Part shown: in pieces, positions 19,491 through 29,126 of the stretch
Position numbering within the stretch: the stretch's first letter is position 1
How the letters are laid out: every line of letters starts with the position of its first letter
DNA from: an uncultured Verrucomicrobiae bacterium
GTDB lineage: Bacteria; Verrucomicrobiota; Verrucomicrobiia; Chthoniobacterales; JAFAMB01
DNA: 64,000 nucleotides
Reading direction: 5' to 3'
Assembly (NCBI GenBank): GCA_963762565.1
Contig: CAVXLD010000009.1
Coordinates: forward strand, 125,257-189,256
Notes under the pieces: generated by a model
Told to the model about the DNA's origin: nothing
The model's database searches: none
What the model saw: only the letters and a program-made list of their open reading frames with translations
Translations under genes and position numbers: made by a program

Positions 19491-19772
19491 TCGTCGTCGT
19501 CCTCGACTTTGGTGGGGCGAGGCTCCCGAACAGTCCCACGGTTCGAGCGAAGCGGTTGGTAGGGCCAGCCCCATCGTGCCGTTAGGCCTCAAATCGTGCC
19601 GAGCCGTGGTCTATCGTGGCCCACGGCTCGGCGCGTCAATCGGCCTTACTGATTCATCTCTCAGCGTTCGCGCGGTGCACCCTTGTTCATTCGCCGGGCT
19701 GTTCGGGGGCCTCGCCCCCAAAGTCGAGGACGATTACGATTCGCTGCCACGCGCCTCCTGGCTCCTAGCTCC
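19451..19772. repeat. Family B copy 2 (19511-19720) nested within outer inverted repeats
   Basis: GGAGCTA heptamers, GCGCGGCAGC and CGTCCTCGACTTT flank the B element symmetrically. Confidence 0.85.
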
Positions 19773-19836
19773 TGTTTTTTTCAGCAACCCCACCTATCCC
19801 GTTTGAAAACCGGAGCTTGTGAACACAATTTCCATT

Positions 19837-20055
19837 ATGTCCAAGGAGGAACCCCTGGTTATCCAAGGAACGATCACCGAAGTTTTGCCCAATACGATGT
19901 TTCGGGTGACTTTGCCAAACGGCCAGAGGGTTCTCGCCCATATCAGCGGAAAAATGCGAAAGAATTTCATCCGCATCGTCCCTGGCGACATAGTGGAGAT
20001 TGAGGTCTCGCCTTACGATATGGGCAAAGCCAGGATTATTTTCCGAGAGACCTAA
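19837..20055 (+). CDS. infA: Translation initiation factor IF-1
   Basis: [52 protein letters not shown]. Confidence 0.97.
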   Translation: MSKEEPLVIQGTITEVLPNTMFRVTLPNGQRVLAHISGKMRKNFIRIVPGDIVEIEVSPYDMGKARIIFRET

Positions 20056-20156
20056 GCGCGTCGAAGGGTTGATTTTCGAAATTAAAACCGGAAAGTGTTT
20101 TATCGTTCAGCGGTAACCCTCTCTCTCCATTTAGAAGATAAACTTTGGAACGAACT

Positions 20157-20483
20157 ATGGAAACTAGTCCAGATTCAGAAGCAGCGGCGGGTAGATCAAA
20201 GGACCATTTAAAAGCTGCGGCTGACGATTTTAAAACTGCAGCCAGTGCAAAAGCAGATGAAATTCGAAAGGCCGCGGAAAAGAAGGCAGACGAGCTCAGG
20301 GCCGCAGCGGCGGGCAGAGCTCAGGAATTTCGTGGAGCGGCCGAGACCGCGTGGTCAGACGCTCATTCGAAGGCAAAATATTGGCAGAGTGAGGGAGAAG
20401 CTTACGTACGAGAGAACCCCACTAAGGCGATATTGATGGCGCTGGGAGCAGGTTTTCTCCTGGGCCTATTTCTTCGCAAATAA
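20157..20483 (+). CDS. DUF883/ElaB/YqjD family membrane-anchored protein
   Basis: Ala/Lys-rich helical N-terminus and C-terminal YVRENPTKAILMALGAGFLLGLFLRK. Confidence 0.85.
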   Translation: METSPDSEAAAGRSKDHLKAAADDFKTAASAKADEIRKAAEKKADELRAAAAGRAQEFRGAAETAWSDAHSKAKYWQSEGEAYVRENPTKAILMALGAGFLLGLFLRK

Positions 20484-20486
20484 TCT

Positions 20487-20906
20487 ATGAGTTCGGATGC
20501 TCCGGTTGGAGCTGAATCGGAGCACTCATCGACCGCCGATTCTTTTAAAGACTGGGTCGCAACGTTTCTTCGTTACCTGGAGCTGCGACTCCAGCTCTTG
20601 GGCCTGGAAGCGAAGGAAGCCGGATTCCATCTTTTAATTCTCGGCCTTTTGGTCACTGGTGTACTGACGTTATTTGCCGGCTTCCTGGTCATGTTCGCGG
20701 TATTCCTGCTTTACCTGATAATCACGCTATTACATTGGGAATGGGGCTGGGGAGCTTTGCTCTGTGCTGGCATCCTGTTAGCCGGGAGCCTGGTTGCCGC
20801 GATTATCTTTCGCTACCGAGTAGTCCGGCCTGTGTTCCGTATGACGTTGGAAGAGCTGCAAAAGGATAGAGAATGGCTTCGGTCAACGACGAGAAACGTC
20901 GAATAG
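20487..20906 (+). CDS. YqjE-like (phage holin superfamily III-like) membrane protein
   Basis: RLQLLGLEAKE, two TM helices, TLEELQKDREWL; usual partner of DUF883 genes. Confidence 0.75.
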   Translation: MSSDAPVGAESEHSSTADSFKDWVATFLRYLELRLQLLGLEAKEAGFHLLILGLLVTGVLTLFAGFLVMFAVFLLYLIITLLHWEWGWGALLCAGILLAGSLVAAIIFRYRVVRPVFRMTLEELQKDREWLRSTTRNVE

Positions 20907-21232
20907 TCGAGGAAATCGAGAGAGCCCGCGGCGACCTGGGCGGCGTCAGCGTCACCTTGGGCGGTCAGCTCAATCTCCAACGACGTTTTTCTGTAGCTTG
21001 GCAAAAGAATCGCTGGGTCTGGCTAAGCTTCCTCGCATTTTTCGGCTGGGTACTCTCGCGCTTACCCAGACGAACAAAGAAGATCTATCTCGATAAGGCC
21101 GGCGCTCGTGTCCGGCCTCCTGGTAAAAGCCTTGTTAGTATGATAGCAGGACAGCTTTGGTCCGTTGCCTGGTCGATCGCTAAGCCGGCTCTCACGGCCT
21201 ATTTGGCGCGGAAGATGGCCAAGAAGGTGTAG
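20873..21232 (+). CDS. Hypothetical protein (YqjK-like third gene of the DUF883 operon)
   Basis: KRRIVEEIERARGDL, one hydrophobic segment, overlap with the upstream gene. Confidence 0.6.
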   Translation: MASVNDEKRRIVEEIERARGDLGGVSVTLGGQLNLQRRFSVAWQKNRWVWLSFLAFFGWVLSRLPRRTKKIYLDKAGARVRPPGKSLVSMIAGQLWSVAWSIAKPALTAYLARKMAKKV

Positions 21233-21246
21233 GTCTTGAAGGGCCT

Positions 21247-21443
21247 GGTAGGGCGAGGCTCCCGAAAGGCCTAGACCTCTTCGCGAAGAAACGACGTTTT
21301 CCTGAACCGATCGTTAACAAGATCTACACGTGGCCGCGCGCAACCCCCGGCTCGGCGGGCGTATCGGCATCTCGGACGAGGGATTCAAGAGAATATCGGC
21401 GCTCTGCGAAACGTTTTAGAACATTCGGGAGCCTCGCCCTACC
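21247..21443. repeat. Family B, copy 3 (degenerate centre)
   Basis: Terminal arms intact. Confidence 0.82.
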
Positions 21444-21448
21444 AATGC

Positions 21449-23323
21449 TCACACCTTCCGCCCGAATTTCTTCTCCAGCTCAGAATAGCCGATCTGGATC
21501 ATGGTGGGGCGTCCGTGCGGACAGCAATAGGGTAACTCGCAGGCCAATAGATCCTTCACTAATTGACCAATCTCAGCGGAATGAAGCAGATCATTGGCTT
21601 TTACGGCGTAACGACAAACGGTCTTGGCAATGACGTCTTCTCCGAGGCGAAGACGCGACGTACTGGAAGTGAGAGAACGAAGCTCATCTACTAGCTGGCG
21701 GATGGTATTTGCAGGATCTTCCATCTTCAAAAACTGCGGAATTCCATCGATCTTCAAAGTTGACTCACCAAAAGGCTCAACCGAAAAACCCATCCGCTGC
21801 AAGCTAGGAGCATTTAAGAGCAGCCAGTCGAAGTCTTTTGGCGGCAGCCGTAGCACAATGGGAATTAGCAGGCGTTGACAGGGGACACCGGCAGTTTCGG
21901 TTTCCCGCCGAAGACGCTCGAACAAAATACGTTCATGAGCGGCGTGCTGATCCACCAGGACTAACCCCTCTCCATTTTCCATGAGGATGTAGAGTTTCCC
22001 TAACACCCCGAGCAATCGAAACTCTGACGACGGGGTTCCCTGGCCTTCCACCGGGAAAATGGTCGGAGATGCTACTGGCCGCAGGTCAGGCGAAACCGAC
22101 ACAGCTGTTTCTGGGCGAAAGATCGCCGGCGTGGCTAGTCCGTCCTGTTTTTGCTGTGGTTGTGGAAACTCGTGCCAATCTTTCCGCAGGGCGAACTGCT
22201 CCGCTACCGGTACGAGCGGGGCAACCGGTTCGCTCCTGGCCAACGAAGCTAAAGGGGGGGACGGGGCGAAGTCTGCGCTATCCGTCGCGGGCGCAGACCG
22301 CGGACTTGTGAATGCCCGGCTCCAATTACCTCGGTCGGAATCGAGTGTTTTCCGAACCGTTTCAGCTAAAGCCTGTCGAATCACATCGGGATTGCGAAAA
22401 CGCACCTCACGCTTGGCCGGATGCACATTAACGTCAACGTCGGCCGGATCCAGATCCAGAAACAGAAACACCAACGGATACTGCCCTTTCATTAAAGCCG
22501 TGTGGTAGCCTTCCCGCAAGGCGTGCTGGATGGTAAGGTTCTCGACAGCGCGACCATTAACAAAAATGATTTGTTCCGCCCGGGTAGGCCGGCTGACACC
22601 AGCTTTCCCCAGAAACCCACGAATGGAGATGCCGTCCGTTGTGGTGGGCTCGATCTCGACCACCCGTTTTATGATCTCCTCACCTCGGAGATCGGAGATG
22701 CGGGTGGCTAATGACTGCGTCGGCGGCAACTGAAAGATGACCGTTTGATCTCGGAGAAAGACAAACCCGACCTCCGGGTGGCCGACCGCTTGGAGCATCA
22801 ATTGATGCTGTACGTGGCTCGATTCGGTGTTTTCGGTGCGCAAGAATTTTCGCCGAGCGGGTAAATTGTAGAAGAGATGCTTGACCTCGATCAACGTCCC
22901 CGAAGCTTCTCCGCACGCTCTGACGGTATCTATTTTTCCCCCATTCACCAAGATCTCGGTCCCTTCAATTGCATCAGCGGGACGGGTAGCCAATCGAAAG
23001 CGAGAGACGCTGGCTATGCTTGGCAAAGCTTCTCCACGAAAACCAAGTGTATGGATACTAGCCAGGTCGTTACCGGTCCGAATCTTACTAGTCGCATGCC
23101 GCTCGAGACTTAAGAGAGCGTCGTCTCGGTCCATGCCAATGCCATTGTCTACCACGCGCACCAAGCTGGAACCGCCTTTAGCAACCGCGATTTCGATCCT
23201 GGTTGCTCCGGCATCCAGACTGTTTTCAACCAGCTCCTTGACCACCGAAGCAGGGCGCTCCACGACCTCACCCGCAGCGACTTGTGAGGCCACTTCGTCC
23301 GGAAGCAAGGCAATGCGACCCAT
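21449..23323 (-). CDS. mutL: DNA mismatch repair protein MutL
   Basis: AAGEVVERPASVVKELVENSLDAGA, GFRGEAL, DVNVHPAKREVRF, DQHAAHERILFE endonuclease motif, CPHGRP. Confidence 0.97.
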   Translation of the reverse strand: MGRIALLPDEVASQVAAGEVVERPASVVKELVENSLDAGATRIEIAVAKGGSSLVRVVDNGIGMDRDDALLSLERHATSKIRTGNDLASIHTLGFRGEALPSIASVSRFRLATRPADAIEGTEILVNGGKIDTVRACGEASGTLIEVKHLFYNLPARRKFLRTENTESSHVQHQLMLQAVGHPEVGFVFLRDQTVIFQLPPTQSLATRISDLRGEEIIKRVVEIEPTTTDGISIRGFLGKAGVSRPTRAEQIIFVNGRAVENLTIQHALREGYHTALMKGQYPLVFLFLDLDPADVDVNVHPAKREVRFRNPDVIRQALAETVRKTLDSDRGNWSRAFTSPRSAPATDSADFAPSPPLASLARSEPVAPLVPVAEQFALRKDWHEFPQPQQKQDGLATPAIFRPETAVSVSPDLRPVASPTIFPVEGQGTPSSEFRLLGVLGKLYILMENGEGLVLVDQHAAHERILFERLRRETETAGVPCQRLLIPIVLRLPPKDFDWLLLNAPSLQRMGFSVEPFGESTLKIDGIPQFLKMEDPANTIRQLVDELRSLTSSTSRLRLGEDVIAKTVCRYAVKANDLLHSAEIGQLVKDLLACELPYCCPHGRPTMIQIGYSELEKKFGRKV

Positions 23324-23424
23324 TTCCTAGGGTACAATATGGGACGGGCTTCCACAATCGGAGTGGCGGGGGATGCTTCATTCTCGTCCTTCCAATGAAC
23401 ACGTCGGTGTTGCTGGCCCAGGGT

Positions 23425-23636
23425 CTGGAGGGGAGCCGCTTTGTAACTTGGCAGTTCTATCGGATGGCAGCAAGCGGCTCCCGGGAATTACCCACCGTCA
23501 GCCATTAGGGAACAACGCGTCGCTAGAGGCCATGATTGGAAGCCCCTGATAGAACTGCCTAGCTCTGGGAACGTTCTCGGGAGCCGCCTGCTGCCAACCT
23601 ACAGAGCTGCCAACTTACAAAGCGGCTCCCCTCCAG
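23425..23636. repeat. Family A, copy 4
   Basis: Same arms. Confidence 0.85.
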
Positions 23637-23660
23637 GCGTTGGGCGGCTCGGACCAGGAG

Positions 23661-24227
23661 CTAATGGCTCGGCCGCCGATACAACAGCTCAACAATACCG
23701 GTCTTGTAAGCAATTACGTTCTTTAGACTCCATCTCGTTTCGGTAATGGAGTTGTCAAACAGATGCAGCCCATCACCTAACAGGACCGGGATAACCGCCA
23801 ATCTGATCTCATCAACCAAGCCGAGCCTGAGAAAACTCTGGCATAGCATCGCCCCGCCCACGAGCCAGACGCTTCCGTAGCGCGGCCCGAGACTTTCATC
23901 AACCAATCTCTTGAGATCGCCGGAATAGAACTCAACGCTTTTCCTCGTTGACGGCAGCTGTCTCTTTGTGACCACGACGGTCGGAGTATCGCCATAGGGC
24001 CAGCCGAGTTGGAGCGCGTGCTCGTAGGTGTGAGAACCGAGCACAAAGCAGTCGATAGGCTCAATGATCTCTTCAGCACTATCGTCAGCAACGCCTTTTT
24101 CGTAGACGTCTCCAGGCGTGTCCAGCCACGAGACATTGTTGTCCTTCTTGGCGATGATGCCATCCAGGCTTGCGACAACGTGAAGCGTTACCGTCGATCT
24201 TCTTGGGTTCGCCGCGTCGCTTGACAT
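23661..24227 (-). CDS. Dihydrofolate reductase-like (RibD C-terminal domain) protein
   Basis: VASLDGII, LGSHTYE, VWLVGGAML, LVDEIRLAVIPVLLGDG. Confidence 0.85.
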   Translation of the reverse strand: MSSDAANPRRSTVTLHVVASLDGIIAKKDNNVSWLDTPGDVYEKGVADDSAEEIIEPIDCFVLGSHTYEHALQLGWPYGDTPTVVVTKRQLPSTRKSVEFYSGDLKRLVDESLGPRYGSVWLVGGAMLCQSFLRLGLVDEIRLAVIPVLLGDGLHLFDNSITETRWSLKNVIAYKTGIVELLYRRPSH

Positions 24228-24499
24228 ATGTCTTCCGGCATCTTCGTGAGCTCACTCGAGCGCTCCGCGATGGCGGACTAGAATTGTTCGTGTCGTTCTA
24301 AGACGGTCCACCAGGGCGCTGCAAGCCCTAAAAGCAACGCGCTTCGTTCTTGGATTGAGTGCATGCCAATCCCTCGGGAGTCCTCGCAGCGCGCGGGGAC
24401 GCGCGCCCTCCCCGTGTCAGGGATCATTTCTCACCTCTCACCAATCACCTCTCACACATTGACGTCCCCCGCAGTTACCGTTTAAGTTAGGCACGCCAC

Positions 24500-24838
24500 A
24501 TGATTAAGGTCACCCAAGCAGCTATTCGTCATCTCCAGGAGCTGGTCTCGACAGATCCGAGTTACAGCGACAAAGGGTTACGCATCCTTGTCGAAGACGG
24601 AGGCTGTGCCGGTTTGCAATACGGCATGCAGTTTGATTACCCGAAGGCGGATGACCATCGGATCGAAAGCAACGGAGTAGCTGTACTCATCGATCCGAAG
24701 AGCGCCGAGTTTTTGCAGGGATCAACCGTCGACTTTACTGATGGGTTGACCGGTTCAGGTTTTAAAATTGATAATCCTAACGTTGTCCGCAGTTGTGGTT
24801 GTGGAAGTTCATTCGAGGTGTCCGGGGAGAAACGCTGA
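24500..24838 (+). CDS. A-type Fe-S cluster assembly accessory protein (IscA/ErpA/HesB)
   Basis: GGCAGLQYGM, F...NPN....CGCGSSF. Confidence 0.93.
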   Translation: MIKVTQAAIRHLQELVSTDPSYSDKGLRILVEDGGCAGLQYGMQFDYPKADDHRIESNGVAVLIDPKSAEFLQGSTVDFTDGLTGSGFKIDNPNVVRSCGCGSSFEVSGEKR

Positions 24839-24862
24839 TCTCCCGAAATCAGCTGACTACCG

Positions 24863-26302
24863 ATGAAAGCAGTAGAGCTCGGGCGCACACGAGGTCGTCT
24901 GCCCCCACCTGAGGGCTCGGACGGTCTATTCGGTTGGACGGTGGTTATTCTATTACTCTGCGGCGTGGCCGTCGTGTGCTGGATCGGAACTTTCTACGTT
25001 TTCGATCACCCGGAACAGCCGTTCAACTACCAGCTACTGGCTAAGCTCAATAAGGTGTCGCCACCGAAACGTTTCGAATTAACGGCCGCTCCAGCCGGCG
25101 AATTCTTGGGGGCTGACAAATTGCTCGAGCGATACGGAGCGATGACCAGCACCGGTCTCGTGGAAGAAAGCAACAACCTTCTTCGGTCATATCTGCGCAA
25201 CTACGATCATCAGGTCGGCAAGGTCCCCTATGTAACCGGAAAATATACCGTTCTGGACGCCTTCCCCATGACCGAAAACCAATACTTCGGCACCGGGGTA
25301 GTAGCGCTGGCGCAATCAAACGACGTACCCACGATGTATGTGGAAGCGGTCTTTCCGGCGACGAAAGAACAGCTGACCAGCATGCAACGGGTGCTGGTCA
25401 CCGGGTTAGGATTGGAATTGCGACGATCTTTTGACCTGACCGCCATTGTTCATATAACGAACCTTGGAGGAGGACGTCTACTGTTTACCTGTATGCCGTT
25501 GCTTTACTCTTCGTATGGCCAGAGCGGCAACAGTTTCCAACTTGAACCTCCTTCATCTCTTTATGTGAAGGCTGGCCTGCCTTTGCTTAGCAACAACCAG
25601 TTTGAGGCGGCCGAAAACCGGTTCGCACAATATCGCCGCGCCGCCGGCTCACAGCTAGCGGCGACGAACACTCCTGCGGCGAAACCATCGGGCAACGCGT
25701 CGCCTGTTGCATCGGTTTCCAATAGCCCGACTCTGGTGGCCGCTTTACGCGCGGAACCAGTGTCATCCCCTACCCCATCTCTATTGGCGAAAAACCCACG
25801 CGCCAGCAGTACGCCAAAACAACCTGTTGCAGCCGTAACGCCCGCAAATCGTGCTAACGCATCGCCGACCGCTTCGGCCGTTGTTGTTGAAACAACTCCC
25901 CAACCCTTTTTGGCAGCTTCAGCCAGTCCTGGAGCAGGTAACCGAATTGGAAGCTGGCAGCTTTTTAAGCCGGGGTTGATGCCGCGGGGCCGGTTGTTAG
26001 ATGTAAACCAGACAACCGAGATAGCGGATAAAGGAATCGGCACAGACCCAATCTACCTGAAAGGCGAGTTCACGGTTACTGCTGCAAGGGAGAATCGCGC
26101 GGTCTTGCGCCCTAAGGCGGAGTCAGGCAACGGACCGGGAGCGAGCGTCCGGATTATCGTAGAGTTCCCACGGGGCGGCACCGTACCTAAGGAGGGAGAC
26201 GCTATTGCCAGAATGAGCGACCGTCCTTTCCAGATTGAAGACGTTCGAAAAGGTGCAGACGGTCAGGTGAATATCTACGTCCGGGAAATCACGGTCGAGT
26301 AA
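24863..26302 (+). CDS. Hypothetical single-pass membrane protein with an Ala/Pro/Ser/Thr-rich linker
   Basis: 479-aa ORF; N-terminal TM (LFGWTVVILLLCGVAVVCWIG); low-complexity linker separating two globular regions. Confidence 0.75.
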   Translation: MKAVELGRTRGRLPPPEGSDGLFGWTVVILLLCGVAVVCWIGTFYVFDHPEQPFNYQLLAKLNKVSPPKRFELTAAPAGEFLGADKLLERYGAMTSTGLVEESNNLLRSYLRNYDHQVGKVPYVTGKYTVLDAFPMTENQYFGTGVVALAQSNDVPTMYVEAVFPATKEQLTSMQRVLVTGLGLELRRSFDLTAIVHITNLGGGRLLFTCMPLLYSSYGQSGNSFQLEPPSSLYVKAGLPLLSNNQFEAAENRFAQYRRAAGSQLAATNTPAAKPSGNASPVASVSNSPTLVAALRAEPVSSPTPSLLAKNPRASSTPKQPVAAVTPANRANASPTASAVVVETTPQPFLAASASPGAGNRIGSWQLFKPGLMPRGRLLDVNQTTEIADKGIGTDPIYLKGEFTVTAARENRAVLRPKAESGNGPGASVRIIVEFPRGGTVPKEGDAIARMSDRPFQIEDVRKGADGQVNIYVREITVE

Positions 26303-26671
26303 GGAGCTAGAATCTAGGAGCTAGTAGGGGCGCGGCAGCGAGTCGTAATCGTCCTCGTCCTTCGTCGTCGTCCTCGTCCTCGACTTTGGTAGGGCGAGGC
26401 TCCCGAATAGCCCGGCGAATGACCAACGGTGCAGCGTGTGAACGTTGAGAGATGAATCAGTAAGACCGATAGACGCGCCGAGCCGTGGCCCACGATAGAC
26501 CACGGCTCGGCGCGATTTAATGCCTGACCACTCGATGCAGGCACCAATTACCAGCCGCTTCGCTCGAACCCTTGAATTGTTCGGGAGCCTCGCCCCACCA
26601 AAGTCGAGGACGAAGGACGAAGACGATTACGACTCGCTGCCGCGCCCCCCTGCTAGCTCCTAGCTCCTTAC
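26299..26671. repeat. Family B copy 4 (26388-26599) in a nested composite palindrome
   Basis: Inverted homologue of the 19451-19772 composite. Confidence 0.88.
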
Positions 26672-26684
26672 AAAACGCGTAGCG

Positions 26685-27836
26685 CTAGTACACATCCCGC
26701 TTATACCGCTTCTCTTTTCGCAACGCTTCGACGTACGCGGCGGCTTGTTCAGGAGTTTTACCTCCCTCTTTCTCCACAATCTGATGAAGAGCGGAATCCA
26801 CGTCTTTCGCCATGCGAGCCTCGTCGCCGCAGACATAGAAATGGGCCCCGGCTTCCACCCATTCAAAGATGTCTTTGCTGTTGTCCAGCATTCGATGTTG
26901 GACGTAGACCTTATGCGCTTGATCTCTGGAAAACGCCGTGTCGAATCGGGTCAAAACACCAAGCTTTTTCATCTCTTCAAGCTGGTCCTGATAAAAGAAA
27001 TCGCACTTACACCGCTGTTCACCAAAGAAGAGCCAATTCTTGCCCGGAGCTCCTATCACCCGACGTTCCTCCAGGTACGCTCGAAAAGGGGCTAACCCTG
27101 TGCCAGGTCCAATCATGATGATCGGCGTTGAGGGATCTTCCGGCAGTCGAAATCCTTTCGCCACGTGCACGAACATCGGGATCTCCGCCCCCAGCGTGAT
27201 CCGGTCCGCCAAATAGGTCGTAGCGACGCCTTCTCGTTGTCTGCCGTGAGTCTCGTAGCGCACCGAGGCAACCAGGAAATGGACTTCCTCGGGATGGGAC
27301 CTCAGACTGGACGCAATTGAATAAAGGCGCGGCTGCAGCTTCCGCGACGTGCGCACAAAGTCCTCGACCGTGAAGCGAACAGAAGGGTTATCGAGGAGAA
27401 AATCGATCATCTCCCGCCCCCAAAGATAATGCTCGAGATCTTTTTTCCGTTCTGGATTCAGCAGTTCCTTGAGCTCACCCGCCGTCGGAGATTTTTCGGC
27501 GATTGCTTCTAGAAATTGTTTTGAAGGTTGTGTGATCTGGAAATGCTGAAGCAATCCTTGGCGCAACGAAAAAGTCTCCCCTTCTTTAGTGGTAACCGTC
27601 TCGTCGCCACTGAAATGGAGCGCTTCCAAAAGATCCTCCACCAGTTTTGGATTGTTTTTCACAAAGATCCCCATTGAATCCCCCGGCTCATACTGCAGTC
27701 CGGACCCAGCCAACGAGAACTCGTAATGGCGCGTCTCTTTTTCTGACCCAGCAAGCGTCAACGTCCGGCTAACCAAAAGCTTCGCTGGGAATGGATTCTT
27801 TCGTGAGTAAGGAGACGCCTGAGCTGCTGTAGACAT
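26685..27836 (-). CDS. Sulfite reductase flavoprotein alpha-like oxidoreductase (FAD/NADPH domains only)
   Basis: YSRKNPFPA, LQPRLYSIASS, IMIGPGTGLAPFR, AFSRDQ..KVYVQ, YVCGD..RMAKDV, RYKRDVY; no flavodoxin domain. Confidence 0.88.
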   Translation of the reverse strand: MSTAAQASPYSRKNPFPAKLLVSRTLTLAGSEKETRHYEFSLAGSGLQYEPGDSMGIFVKNNPKLVEDLLEALHFSGDETVTTKEGETFSLRQGLLQHFQITQPSKQFLEAIAEKSPTAGELKELLNPERKKDLEHYLWGREMIDFLLDNPSVRFTVEDFVRTSRKLQPRLYSIASSLRSHPEEVHFLVASVRYETHGRQREGVATTYLADRITLGAEIPMFVHVAKGFRLPEDPSTPIIMIGPGTGLAPFRAYLEERRVIGAPGKNWLFFGEQRCKCDFFYQDQLEEMKKLGVLTRFDTAFSRDQAHKVYVQHRMLDNSKDIFEWVEAGAHFYVCGDEARMAKDVDSALHQIVEKEGGKTPEQAAAYVEALRKEKRYKRDVY

Positions 27837-27887
27837 AAACCGGCGACATTATTGGAGGAGTTCGAGGAGTTCAAGGGGGACGAGTGG

Positions 27888-28175
27888 GCGAAACGGCGAA
27901 TGGGCGCACCGGCGAAACGGCGAAAGGGCGCCTCGCGGTCGCGTGTAGCCGCGCTGCCCGGCGAGATGATGTGTATTGGGTCCCGAACGGGATGAGATTT
28001 TATTAGACTCACAGCACTTATGGGCCGACTGGTCTGACCATATAAGTCCCATCGGTCCCATACGTCCCATTCGGTAGCGGAGTGTTTGTGCGATATCTCG
28101 CCCCGAGGCACGGCTACACCTGGACGTTCTCGCGCCCATTCGCCCTTTCGCCGGTGCGCCCATTCGCCGTTTCGC
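27888..28175. repeat. Inverted octamer-repeat element
   Basis: GGCGAAAC/GGCGAATG units mirrored by CGCCCATT/CGCCGTTT units; internal GTCCCAT repeats. Confidence 0.8.
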
Positions 28176-28178
28176 GCC

Positions 28179-29126
28179 TCATCCTACCGTCCTAACCAGC
28201 GGTCCCAGCAGGTCCTCGATTCCGACCACACCGATGGTGTGGTCCTCGCCGTCGACCACCAGTGCAAGCGTCTGCGGAAATGCGGCTCTCAACCGGTGTA
28301 ATGCCAGCGACGCTGGCTCATCTTCGTGCATCACTAGCATGCGGTGAAGATACGTGTCAGCATTTTCTCCTGGCTTCTGATCCAGGATAACATCAAAGAC
28401 ATTGACCAAACCAACGATCTCCCCTTGGTCACTTGCCAGAGGCAATGAGTCATAGCGCGTCTGCAAGAAGGTCTTGATAACGTCCTCAACGGGGGTGCCG
28501 ATTCTTAGCGTCACTACCCGCTCACGTTTGACCATAACGTCCTTGACCCGCACGGCACGAAAATCGACGACGTTGTGGATCATTTTGCGCTCGATACTGC
28601 TCAGCATCCCCATCTTTTCGACCTGCTTGGTAACAGACTTCAGGTCCTCACGGGCCACAAACACCTCCTGAGGTCGCTTCAATCGAAAAATATGAACCGC
28701 ACACCAAGAACCCACGGCCATCAAAGGTGTCAGTATCAGAGAGGCTATCTCCAGGACCACGGCAATGGAGGCAAGAGCCTGGTAGGGGAAGCGCCGGAAA
28801 AACGACTTCGGCAACATCTCCGTCAGGATCAAAAAAATCGGAAAAGCGACCAAAAGGGCGCAGAGATAGCCCCACCCTTTCAAAGCCTCGATAAACCAGG
28901 ACGCCAGAATCAGGATGGCGATAATATTTGCGAGACCGGTAACGCAAAGGACGGTGATGAACAGCCGCGAAGGCTCCTCAACCAAGCGCCAGAGCCGGAT
29001 CGCGTGTGCGTCTCCACTTCGCGATAACTGCCTTAGTCGCAGCCGGTTAAGTGATAATAGCCCCGCTTCAGTCCCGGAAAAGATAAACGAAACCGCCAGG
29101 CAAACGATGAATAAGAGCCACGTCAT
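28179..29126 (-). CDS. CNNM/DUF21 plus CBS domain membrane protein
   Basis: FSGTEAGLLS, EMLPKS, CBS pair, GVVGIEDLL. Confidence 0.85.
   Translation of the reverse strand: MTWLLFIVCLAVSFIFSGTEAGLLSLNRLRLRQLSRSGDAHAIRLWRLVEEPSRLFITVLCVTGLANIIAILILASWFIEALKGWGYLCALLVAFPIFLILTEMLPKSFFRRFPYQALASIAVVLEIASLILTPLMAVGSWCAVHIFRLKRPQEVFVAREDLKSVTKQVEKMGMLSSIERKMIHNVVDFRAVRVKDVMVKRERVVTLRIGTPVEDVIKTFLQTRYDSLPLASDQGEIVGLVNVFDVILDQKPGENADTYLHRMLVMHEDEPASLALHRLRAAFPQTLALVVDGEDHTIGVVGIEDLLGPLVRTVG

Noticed and set aside
20487..20906. Holin-like gene as evidence of a prophage
   Set aside because: It is the common chromosomal DUF883-YqjE-YqjK-like operon and there are no phage genes nearby.
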